Assembly: GCA_032718475.1 (NCBI GenBank)
Contig: JAUCBJ010000950.1
Location: 1-56,201 of the forward strand
Length of the DNA stretch: 56,201 nucleotides
Direction of reading: 5' to 3'
Source: Nemertoderma westbladi
Lineage: Eukaryota > Animalia > Xenacoelomorpha
Shown here: positions 1 through 11,700 of the stretch, in pieces
Layout: each line of letters begins with the position of its first letter
Numbering within the stretch: position 1 is the first letter of the stretch
Notes under the pieces: model-generated
Told to the model about the DNA's origin: nothing
The model's input: only the letters and a program-made list of their open reading frames with translations
Databases searched by the model: none
Made by a program: the position numbers and the translations under genes

Positions 1-3000
1 ACATGTTGTATGGCAAAAGTTTAGAAATTTTCCAAGTAGAATTTCCGTGTGGCCTTCGAGAAGCTAAGATAATAGCAGTTAATTAGTTAATTAAGTTGAT
101 TACGGTAAAAACACCATTTTCAACCTGCCTTTTAAAGGAAATTAATTGTTTTACAGTATAAGACTTCAATAATTATACTTAAAAAATATACAGATGTAAT
201 CCGCATACTCCATTCTATTATAGTTTTTAATTAGTTCAAGTGATTTGCTTTAATAATCGTGTCTTTAATTGATCTAAAGTAATTAAACCGGCATAAAAAA
301 TGTATTCTCATTAAATACTGCTCATTTATTGGTTAACATCCAAGTTGGCTTGATTCCCAGCAACACTTGAGGTATTCAGTCAGCCTTGCTTGTAAGAGGC
401 AGACTGCTGCTGCTGCTAGTAGCCATCCATTCACTCACTCTCCATTGAACTGGCTGATTGGAGGTGTGTGTGTATCGGGTTCAATGACATTAATATTATT
501 ACTAAAGTAACGTCGGGATGTTAATATTCACTGGAGCTATGAGTCTCTCTGGTTAGTTGAATGAATGAAATAAATAATTGTTTTACTGTTCCGAATATCA
601 ATGTTTATTTCTGTAGGCCAACTTACTGTATTATTATTTAATCTAAATGTACATAATAGTTTAAATAAATTATTTCACAATTTCATTCCAATTCATACTG
701 CTTACGCAACCATGCTAATTAGGTATATTAAATGGCAGGATTGTTTTTAATTAAAATTTTTACAGAGCAAACAAGTATATTGTATTTAACTGAAAGTTAA
801 TTTATTTCGGTAAGTAGGCCTTGCGGTTTGTTAGTTTAGTTAGTATAATAAGTATCAAATATATTACGTGCTGCTGTACAGTAAACGCGGCTTTGCGTTA
901 TTGAATTACAGAATTGGCGGTACAAAGTACATTAATAGGGATCAGGCATATTGCATTTATATAATTGTTGTTGTAAATGTACAATAATATGCGCCACTTT
1001 TATTTTAGTAACTGCAATGTGTATTTCATTTGTACCTGCAACCCATTAAAAAGGGCAGCTGAACATATCGCGGACAGGCTGACTATTCACCATAACAAAA
1101 AAACCCAAATCGCCGCAGTTCCACTTACAGTTCCATATTATTCTGTTTTGCAATTCAACCCAATTTATCTGCTCTCTGCTACACGCGGTTTTATCCACGA
1201 GTTTTGTAAAGTCCCGACTTATCGGGAATGACATGAACTTAGCGTCCGGAATATTCTGATCAGATTAAATCTACTTGGCGCTGTAATACTGCATCCCGTT
1301 GTACCAGAAGTTATTAAAACATACCGGCCCCTCAAATGCGCTTGCAGTGGGTTAGAGAACAACATATACCGCCCCAGTACAACCGCTATTTTGATAAGGT
1401 CCAATATAATAATATATATATATGGTCTAACATATGATAGTTCACTAATCAGCTAATAGGCCTATTAATTCGTGAGATTTCAATTTATAAATAAAACTAA
1501 TATACGAGCTCATATGAGCTCAATTGATTGATTGATTGAAGGTATGACCGTTGTTGTGGGGGACTAGGTACCTGTCTAGCAGCTAATAACTCGTCCGTGG
1601 AGAGAATAATATAAGTCGAGGAACATAACGAAACGCGTTTAATTTATTTATTTATTCCAATTGGGGATGCTTTCTAACGCGGGAATGCGGTGCTATTAAA
1701 CATCAACACATTCCTGCGCGTGCGTCGATATTGTGCACCCTAATACTAACAACCCACCCAGACACCCCCTACCCCTCACCCCCCCCCCCCCCCCCCCCCC
1801 CATCACCCAACATTACTATGTATAGATCAATGCAGCTCAATATATTAGTAAAGGTATCGTCTGATTAGCTTTCCTACACATGACCTCTTATCCTTGTAGT
1901 TGTTTATTTATTTACACTATTTTTTGTTGAGTAAATCTTTCTTATAGGGGGGGGGGGGGGGGGGACTTACTCTGGACGAGCGCAACGATTGAACGACGCT
2001 TATAATAATTAAGACGAGTACGGCGTTGATTATATTCATATACACCACCTGGCTTTGCATATTTAACGTGCGATTGGAAATAAGTTCGTTCTACCCTTCC
2101 GTGGGTGGTAGATGTCACGGTTATGTATTGGTGGTTGAGAAGGGTGGGGGGGGGGGGATTAAAAGGGGTGAACACGTACTGTCCCCCTTTCTTTGATTGA
2201 TTGGTGGTGTGGGTAAATTTCTCAAAACCTGATTTTGTGATACAGTCGCTTAATTTTAATTTGTATCTCATAACTGTACCTCGTGCTGCGCGAAGGCCCC
2301 ACGAACGTGTTACCTGTTCTTTTGATTTTCATTTAAGATTATCTATCTCGTGGAGTGGGTTAGAAGTTATAAATATTAAAATCGATATGGTTGTTATAGT
2401 AAAGAATCAGAGGATATTTTGATAAATTATTGCAGAAAAATAACAAGGATTTTGACATGGATTTAATACTTCATTATGTTCATGAAATAGCTGAGATATT
2501 TGAGGTCAATTATTGCATTACATAATAACTTTAGCTCCAGCCACTTTAGCAATGCGATGAAACTATAATAAATATTCTAGAACACAACAATATTAATAGG
2601 GAGATAGGCTACTTATCTCTCCACTCAGACATCCACAGATAGGGGGTGTTCTGACACAATCAAAATTGAGGTGAATTATTGTATTATGAGTTAACTTCAG
2701 CTCCAGTCACTTTGGCAATACGATAAAACTATAATAAATATTCTAGAACACAACAATATTAACTGGGAGATAGGCTACTTATCTCTCCACTCAGAAAGCC
2801 ACAGATAGGGGTTTTTTTTGACACAATCAAAATTCATCCATCTCCAGCTGAAAGACGTAGCAAATAACAGCTGATTACTTCTATAAATGTAAGTGTTACC
2901 TGTTGTTTTGACGTTCATTTAAGATTCTCTATCTCGTGGAGTGGGATAGAAGTTATAAATATGAAAATCGATATGGTTTTTGAAAAAAATCAGAGGATAT

Positions 3001-5062
3001 TTTGATAAATTATTGCAGAAAAACACCAATGATTTTGACATGGCTTTAATACTTCATTATTTTCATGAAATAGCTGAGATATTTGCATTAAATAATAACT
3101 TTAGCTCAGGCCACTTTAGCAATACGATGAAACAATAATAAATATTCTAGAACACAGCAATATTAATAGGGAGATAGGCTACTTATCTCTCCACGCATAC
3201 AACCACAGATAGGGGGTGTTCTGACCCAATCAAAATTCATTCATCTTCAGCGGAAAGATGTAGCAAATAACTGAGGTGAATTATAGCATTAGTTAACTTC
3301 AGCTCCAGTTACTTTGGCAATATGATGAAACTGTAATAAATATTCTAGAACACAACAATATTAACACGGAAACAGGCTACTTATCTCTCCACTCAGAAAG
3401 CCACAGATAGGGGGTGTTCTGACACAATCAAAATTCATCCATCTCCAGCGGAAAGACGTAGCAAATAACAACTGATTACATCTATAAATGTAAGTGTTAC
3501 CTGTTCTTTTGATTTTCATTTAAGATTATCTATCTCGTGGAGTGGGTTAGAAGTTATAAATATTAAAATCGATATGGTTATAGTAAAGAATCAGAGGATA
3601 TTTTGATAAATTATTGCAGAAAAATACCAAGGATTTTGACATGGCTTTAATACTTCATTATGTTCATCAAATAGCTGAGATATTTGAGGTGAATTATTGT
3701 ATTATGAGTTAACTTCAGCTCTAGTAACTTTGGCAATACGATGAAACTATAAAAAATATTCTAGAACACAACAATATTAACAGGGAGATAGGCTACTTAT
3801 CTCTCCACTCAGACAGCCACAGATAGGGGGTGTTCCAACGCAATCAAAATTCATCCATCTCCAGCAGAAAGACATAGCAAATAACAGCTGATTACTTCTA
3901 TAAATGTAAGTGTTACCTGTTCTTTTGACGTTCATTTAAGATTCTCTATCTCATGGAGTGGGATAGAAGTTATAAATATGACAATCGATATGGTTTTTAT
4001 AAAAAATCAGAGGATATTTTGATAAATTATTGCAGAAAAACACCAAGGATTTTGACATGGCTTTAATACTTCATTATTTTCATGAAATAGCTGAGATATT
4101 TGAGGTAAAATATTGCATTACATAATAACTTTAGCTCCTGCCACTTTAGCAATACGATGAAACTATAATAAATATTCTAGAACACAACAATATTAATAGG
4201 GAGATAGGCTACTTATCTCTCAACTCAGACAGCCACAGATAGGGGGTGTTCTGACACAATCAAAATTCATCCATCTCCAGTGGAAAGACGTAGCAAATAA
4301 CAGCTGATTACTTCTATAAATGTCAGTGTTACCTGTTCTTTTGACTTTCATTTAAGATTCTTTATCTCGTGGAGTGGGATAGAAGTTATAAATATGAAAA
4401 TTGATATGGTTTTTGAAAAAAATCAGAGCATATTTTGATAAGTTATTGCAGAAAAATAACAAGGATTTTGACATGGATTTAATACTTCATTATGTTCATG
4501 AAATAGCTGAGATATTTGAGGTCAATTATTGCATTACATAATAACTTTAGCTCCAGCCACTTTGGCAATGCGATGAAACTATAATAAATATTCTAGAACA
4601 CAACAATATTAATAGGGAGATAGGCTACTTATCTCTCAACTCAGACAGCCACAGATAGGGGTGTTCTGACACAATCAAAATTCATCCATTCCCAGCGGAA
4701 AGACGTAGCAAATAACAGCTGATTACTTCTATAAATGTAAGTGTTACCTGTTTTTTTGATTTTCATTTAAGATTATCTATCTCGTGGAGTGGGTTAGAAG
4801 TTATAAATATTAAAATCGATATGGTTATAGTAAAGAATCAGAGGATATTTTGATAAATTATTGCAGAAAAACACCAATTATTTTGACATGGCTTTAATAC
4901 TTCATTATGTTCATGAAATAGCTGAGATATTTGAGGTGAATTATTGCATTACATAATAATTTTAGCTCCAGCCACTTTAGCAATACGATGAAACAATAAT
5001 AAATATTCTAGAACACAGCAATATTAATAGGGAGATAGGATACTTATCTCTCCACCCAGAAA

Positions 5063-5190
5063 CCAGTTTAACTGAGTACCAGTTAAATAACTGGGAGCAA
5101 ATCTTGGGATAGGAGTAGCGCCCACCCCTACCCTCGGGTAGCAGCTATCGAAAGAGGAGCCTTCGGGTCGCCTCCGGCTTCGGCCGACTG
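5063..5190 (+). mobile_element. 141-bp SINE/LINE-3'-end-like insert, copy 1 (split by a DNA element; remainder at 8319-8331)
   Basis: Same sequence as 36016-36156. Flanked by ccacccagaaa at 5052-5062 and 8332-8342. Confidence 0.8.
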
Positions 5191-5787
5191 CCCAGTAAAA
5201 AATCCCCATGCGTAACGCATTCGTGCCGCATGCGGTATTCGTAAAAGGTGCGTGCAATGTTATTTAAGATTCGTGAAGCCTTCGTCAATGGTTCGTCAGT
5301 CCGAATAATTTAACGAATGCGTATAGTATTCGTATCGCATGTGAGATTTCACTTGTAACTACATTCGTGGCTCATCATTCGTGGCACATGCGATACGAAT
5401 GCTTCCACTCCGCACAAAAAATAATTCGTGGTTCATTCGTTCGTGGCACATGCGATACGAATGCTTAGCCGCGCCACGCTTAAAATTATTCGTAGTCCAT
5501 TCGTGACGCATGCGCTACGCATGCAAAGCACTCTCAATTAGAGTACCGTACATTCTGTAATACTGGCCAATCACCATTCGGCAAATAATCGAACATAGTG
5601 TTATTAGTTAAGCTCTCCCCCTTTGTTACCAGTCAGCCAGTCCCATGTACTTTTACTATATACTGTATTTAATGGGTTGCCCAGTAATTCTTAACTCCCG
5701 TTTATTATTTTGGTTCCCCATTATTTTGATATGTAAACCTGTTCCCTTAACCAACATGCTTGATATACTGTAATACTGTAAAGGTTA

Positions 5788-6000
5788 TGTACTGTAGGCT
5801 AGGTGAGATAAATAATGACAACATAAAACTACTGTATTAACTTAAGGAACTGCAGTATGTAGGCATAATTATAGTATGTAGGCACTAGGCACCCCCCCCC
5901 CCCTCCCATAGTTTTAGCCCCTGTAAAGTAGTACTCATTTCCCAAAGTTATTACAGTAGTTTTATGTTGTCATTATTTATCTCACCTGGCCTACAGTACA
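5788..6000. repeat. Inverted repeat / MITE-like foldback with ~56-bp arms
   Basis: 5788-5843 is the reverse complement of 5945-6000 with about 2 mismatches. The match extends weakly outward to ~5751/6030. Confidence 0.85.
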
Positions 6001-6322
6001 GTACCAATACATATTAAAAAGCATGTGGCATTTTTATTGCATTGCATACGTGTGTATGGTGATATTTTCACACGGTTTCTTAGGCCTCCAGGTCGAATTT
6101 GTTTAATTTGCTATAAAACGCCATTAAAAAGTCTACTGATATACTGTAGCAGTTAATTACCGGTAACTGCTACAGGAGGCCCTACACTTATTAATGGTAA
6201 AGAAATCTTACAGACAAAATACATCAAAGGCATACATTTTATGAGATGCATCAACATAATTTCAATGTTTTTTTTACTATATTCTAGAATATTAATTCGC
6301 TTTTTTTCGATAATAAGTAATA

Positions 6323-6430
6323 AAATATATATATAATAATAATACAAATATATATAATAATAAAATAATATAAAATAATAATAAAATAATATAATAAAAA
6401 ATAATAAATTATTATTTATATATATATATT
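6323..6430. repeat. AT microsatellite (TA)n/(TAA, AAAATAAT)n at the 3' end of the CRE fragment
   Basis: Almost purely A/T low-complexity run. Confidence 0.85.
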
Positions 6431-6489
6431 AGACAAAATACAAATAGAAAACATTAAAAATACAAATACCCATCACCACACAAAGCGAC

Positions 6490-7765
6490 TCAGAACTGGT
6501 CTGCCAGCCCCGCACCTCGCAGACCGGCCCCGTCCCCGAAGCCCAAGCCTCGCCACGACCGTCGGCCGCCCCGGAGGCAGAGGGAGCTGGACCGGAGAAG
6601 CGCGAACTGCAGCCGCCGTCGAACACCCCCCATGACACACGCGAGGCCCCTCTCTCGCATTCCATCCCGCCGGGCCACGAGTGTCTCAGCGAGATGGCGG
6701 ATGAGGATCTGGGCCTCGGCGCTCCAGACACCGTCGGTGGTGCCCACCAGAGGGGTGAACGACATCCTCCGGTCTTCACAGACGGTCCGGTAATGCATCT
6801 CCTTTAACCGGCACCGCTGCTCCAGGAGGGACTCGGTCGAGCGGTTGGTCTGGGCGTAAGAGGTGGCGTCAGCGTTAATTACCGCAATGTCAAACGACGC
6901 CACTCTCTGGTTCGCCCAAACCCCCCCGCGCGACCAAATCCGCCCGCACTCCCCCTACCTCCCTACCTTCCCTGTCGAGGTACCCCCGGGACAGGGTCAC
7001 CTCCCGCTCAACGCTGGGCGCACCGAATGCCGACGCCAGGAGTTCCCCGAAAACATCGCGAACCTCTTCGTGGCGTTTCACGATGAGGCCGCCGGACTTG
7101 CAGCTGAGCGCGTGCGAGGTGGAGAACGTCCCCCCACATCCCTCGCACTTGGACGGGAGTCCTGGTGGGACGAGGCCATACCGGAGGTTCAGGCTGTCCC
7201 GGAACTCCTCGGCACTGAGGTCGGTGGCGTCCAGGATGCTTGGCTGGGCCGTCAACCAGCCGCCGGTTTTGTTTAGGACCGCTCGCGTCGCAGTTCGCCT
7301 GCGGTCTGCCGGTAGAGCTCCCAACGCAGCCTCCCGCTTCTCCTTGTAGGCCTCGTCCTGGGAGATGCGGCTAGCTGCGAGGACGGCTCGCAATTTGGCA
7401 GTGTGGTCGGCCACGTGGAGAGGTTGCGTCATCTGGATCGCCTCGGAAACTACCGCGGTGCCTTCTATGGACGCAGAGCGTGCCGGGGTCTGCCGCATTG
7501 TAGGGTCCCGCAGTCCGATGCCACCGTGGCGGGCTGGGAGGAGGGTGAGATCCTCGTCGGCCGGTTGCAGACTAGAACACCCGAAGAGGGAGGGGATGAA
7601 CTTACTTAGCAATGCCGTCCGAATTGGGGTGACATCCTCGGCGTGGGTGGGTACGACCCGCAGCAGGTAGTCCCATTCCGCCTGCACACAGCGGGACATT
7701 CCCGTGTGGGCGGTCTGGGGGTACTCTGTTGCAACCCCCGCGAGTTTCCCGATGGTTTTGGTCAT
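6490..7765 (-). pseudogene. 5'-truncated CRE-clade (RLE) non-LTR retrotransposon: post-RT region, CCHC knuckle and restriction-like endonuclease
   Basis: Motifs LPARHGGIGL, LRYG, CEGC-x7-HALSC, RHEEVRD, RADL, FDIAV and KEMHY. Removing one C from the C7 run at 6921-6927 joins the 291-aa and 137-aa ORFs as RADLVARGVWANQRVASFDIAV. The RT catalytic core is absent. Confidence 0.85.
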
Positions 7766-8358
7766 AATAAACCATCAATAATAATTAATAAGATTAATTA
7801 AAAGCTTGAAATTAATATTCTAGGTAATAAAATCATCAGAACTATAACGATTTACGTCTGAAATTGTGTGCTCTTGAATTATATCTGAACATTTTTTTGG
7901 TGAAATTGAAAATGGCTTTCATATTAAATTCGGAATATCAAGTATATTTAAAAAAAATAAAATAAAATGGACACGTTTTAACAGTTGTAAACTGTGAAAA
8001 CTATGTAAACTATAGCGAAATAATAAAAAAAAATAAAAATGCTGCGGTAAACATTCGTATAACATTCGTATATAACATGCGGGACGCATTCGTATAGTGT
8101 GCGGGAAACATTCGTATGAGATTAGGGACGCATTCGTAGAATGTGCGGGATTCGTATAAGGTCCGTATTAGATTCGATATGCGAATAAAGGATGCGTATT
8201 TGGTTCGGTTTTCGCATTCGTATCGCATGGTTCATCTATGTAACATTTCAGAATGCGTTACGAATGCGTGAAATATGCGCCATCCCATGCGTTACGAATG
8301 CGGATTTTTTACTGGGTGTTTGCTTGCTTTGCCACCCAGAAAGCCACAGATAGGGGGT

Positions 8359-8623
8359 TATTACGTTCTCATGTAAGTACAGAAGTAAGTCTGTAAGTAG
8401 TAATGAAGTAGGTTCTTCACGATATAACTTCCTTGATATATATTAGTCTCATATCAGTATATAATATATAGATAGAACAGTACAACAGTAGAGCACTGAC
8501 TACACCGTCACCAGTCACTTACAGCAGTATGTAAATATGGTAATGTATGTATCTCCTGCAGTACCGGTAACTATCTACCAAGCACCAGCACTTAGGTCCT
8601 ATGAAATAGATAATAATATAACA
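8359..8623 (-). repeat. 3' LTR (265 bp)
   Basis: Identical by eye to 13688-13966 apart from a 14-bp indel. On the minus strand it starts TGTTAT and ends GTAATA. Confidence 0.95.
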
Positions 8624-8634
8624 TCTCCCTTTTT
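8624..8634 (-). other. Polypurine tract
   Basis: AAAAAGGGAGA on the minus strand immediately precedes the 3' LTR. Confidence 0.88.
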
Positions 8635-8710
8635 ATGAGTTATTTGATGAATCAAATCAACTAGTAAGTAAATAGGGTATATATTTAATAAGTTTGAGCA
8701 GTGATGCCAT

Positions 8711-11700
8711 TTAGGACACAGTATAACGGTCGGGAATTTTCCGTGTTCTAGAACTGCGTCGTAACTCCTCATGGTCATTCACATTCCCACATCCGGTAGC
8801 GGTTGGTTTGTTCACAACATCATTTGTAGCTCCTTTAAAAACGCGCAACAACCTCCTGTTACGCCAATATGTTCTCCCAGACTTCAGTTTCACTCGGTAA
8901 CCACGATAAAAATCAGATTCTACCACAATACCAATTTTATTCCATCTCTTTGATGCGTTATCTTGAATAGTGACTTGACATCCGATATCGAGAGGTTTCA
9001 ATGGTTGAGCAGTTCTGTCGTAAAGGAGTTTTGATGAATCTCGGATATTAGCAGCTTTAATGTCAGCTTCTTCTACTGAAATTTGCCAATCTCTAGAGAA
9101 AGCTGACCAATGAGTTGGCACTTTAGAGCGTATGGGATGGCCATATACACGCTGGGCAGGGGATAGACCATCTGATTTTGGAGTATTTCTTAACTCCAAT
9201 AGTCCGGCTTGGAAGGAATCCGAGTTTATTTTTCCGCCAGACTTAGCAACTAATCCTTTGATAGATTTGACATGCACTTCCGCATGACCATTAGATTGGG
9301 GATAGTAAGGGCGGCTCGGAGCCCATTTAACAGACCACAACTTCAAAAATTTCTGAAATTCATCTGCTTTAAATTGGGGGCCACCATCTGTCCGAATACG
9401 AACTGGTACCCCTGTTTGTACAAAGTAGGAACGAATTACTTTGATTACTTGTGTGGCACTCGGTGATCTACCAAATTCATGAATAAATGGGAAACCACTT
9501 AATCGATCAACATACAGCAAGAACTCAACCCCACCGTATTGAAAAAGATCGCATGAAACAGATTCAAAAACGCGGGAAGGGATCTCATCCCTCATTAGAG
9601 ATTCCTTAGGAAGACTTGGTAAGCGTTGGGCGCATTGTATACAATTTTCAACTGTGGTCTTCACATCATTGTTCATGCCAGGCCAATAAACGACTTGTCT
9701 TGCGCGTTTCTTTGTCCTGTCGATCCCCTGATGGCTTTCATGTAATCTAGACAAAACCATCTTAATAGAATTTGGAGGTATAACAATTCGAGAATTTCTC
9801 AAAATTAAACCATTATCGATACTCAGTTCTTTCCATATCGATTTAAACAATAATACATAGGGATCACTTCCACTTTCATTATAATCTGAGGCCACAGCTT
9901 GTAAAAGTTTCTGATATTTCAAATCAGCTTTCCCGTACTCGCGCAATTCTTGTAGAATTGGATCACCATAAACATCATTTTCTATTTCTCCGTCCGATTT
10001 AATGTTACAAGCAGAAATTTGGATACATGCATTTAACATCTCTTGATTATTCGAGTGTTCATGACAGTCTTCAAGAGTGGGATCATCAACAGGATAGAGT
10101 GATAATGTGTCTGGAACACAATGATTTTTACCTTTAACCCATTTTAAGGTAAACTGGAATACAGATAATTTCTCCTTGTAGTTTTGGAGTCGAATATTAT
10201 CAATAGTATCCATTGTAAAGTCATTGAAAATTGGGATCAGTGGTTTATGATCCACAAGGACGGTATAGTTAGGTAAACCCATCAGAAATAGTCGACATTT
10301 TAATGTAGCCCATACAATGGCAAGAGCTTCAAGCTCTATCATAGCATATTTCGTCTCGGCCGGTTGAAGGAATCTAGATCCGCATTGAATAAGTTTCCAA
10401 AACCCATTCTGGTTTTGGAGTAATGCGAATCCAAGACCTTTTGTTCGTGCAGCATCAGTCTGTAAGACTGTCTCAGCTGTAGGGTCAAACTGAGAAAGTA
10501 CCGGTGTACTTACCAAAGCTTTCTTCACTGAATTAAATGCTTTGGTATGATTAGCATTCCAGGTAAATTCATTTTTAATCTTAACAAGATCTCTCAGGGG
10601 CTCTGCAGCTCCAGCAATCTCAGTAGAAAATTGGCCTAGCTGGTTAACTAAACCAAGGAAAGATCGGAGATCTGTTCTAGTTGTTGGTACTGGGAAATCC
10701 GCAATGGCATTAACTTTACAAGGATCTGCTTCATAACCACCTTGTTTTACATGGTATCCAACAAAGTCTATCTCATCAGCAGCAAATTTGCACTTATCAC
10801 CATTAATTGTTATACCATGTTTTGCACACCGTTCTAGAACATCACAAGTTATATTGATAGTCTCTCTGTATGTGTCACCATCCAGCGCAATATCATCTAC
10901 AACTTTATTTAACCTATTGATACCACTGAATGCAATATCACCACGCAAACTGTAAGAATCACCAGATCCCACAAATCCCATTGGGGCCCGAAGAAATTTG
11001 TACCTTCCCCAAGGTGTAATAAATGTAGTAAACTCTTGAGACTTTGTATCCAAGGGCAATTGCCAGTAGCCCTTAGTTGCATCTAATTTGGTAAAATACT
11101 TTGCAGTAGGTTTTATCCCGGAAACCGCAGTAAATGGGGTTTTCGTAGGATGAACAGGTCGTTTAACTTGATGGTTCAACTTTGTAAGGTCGACACACAT
11201 CCTTATATTACCCCCAGGTTTAGGGGCGACCACCAAGGGGTGGCACCAATCAGTAGGTACATCTCCTACTTCTGATATAATGCCACGCTTTAACATGTAA
11301 TCAAGTTCATTTCGAACTCTATCTCGTAATGCAAATGGTATTGGCCTGGCCGCATGCACTGCAAATGGCGATGCGTCTGGTAAGAGTTCAATTTTCATAG
11401 GTGCTCCAACTTGAGATCCAACCATGGGATGCAATGTATCAGAATCATCAAAAACTGATTTGTATATGTTTTTGAGTTTTGTTTCGACTGCTGATCTGAG
11501 TTGTGGTGAAGGGTTATCAGCAGGCAAGCTTTTAATCCAAGCAGATCGTTTTTCTGTATCAAATACATTTTCTTGTCTGCCCGAAACAGTAGCAACATAT
11601 ATTAATTTCCCATCATCTCCCTGTGGAGTAGGGAAATCTTGTGGAATTTTTAGAAGTGCTGCACAAACTTCACGGGATAAATATAAACCTTTAATCCCTC

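Larger units (their letters stand above)
5191..8316. mobile_element. Non-autonomous CACTA/EnSpm (CMC)-like DNA transposon, 3126 bp
   Basis: TIR cccagtaaaaaatcc[c/g]cat[g/t]cgtaacgcat (28/30 match). 2-bp TSD TG, confirmed by the empty site ccgactgtttgc at ~36137-36148. Dense cattcgt/acgaatg subterminal repeats at 5191-5530 and 8050-8316. No transposase ORF. Confidence 0.88.

Noticed and set aside
1615-1642. cgaaacgcgtt hammerhead-like 3' half
   Set aside because: No CUGANGA box or stem II upstream.
3320-3425. C/D-box snoRNA-like ATGATGA...CTGA in the unit
   Set aside because: The C box is canonical only in rare variant units, and there is no terminal stem or evident guide.
6863-7670. Plus-strand ORFs over the CRE fragment, and short ORFs within the Gypsy element
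   Set aside because: Antisense or alternate-frame by-products of the real coding strand.
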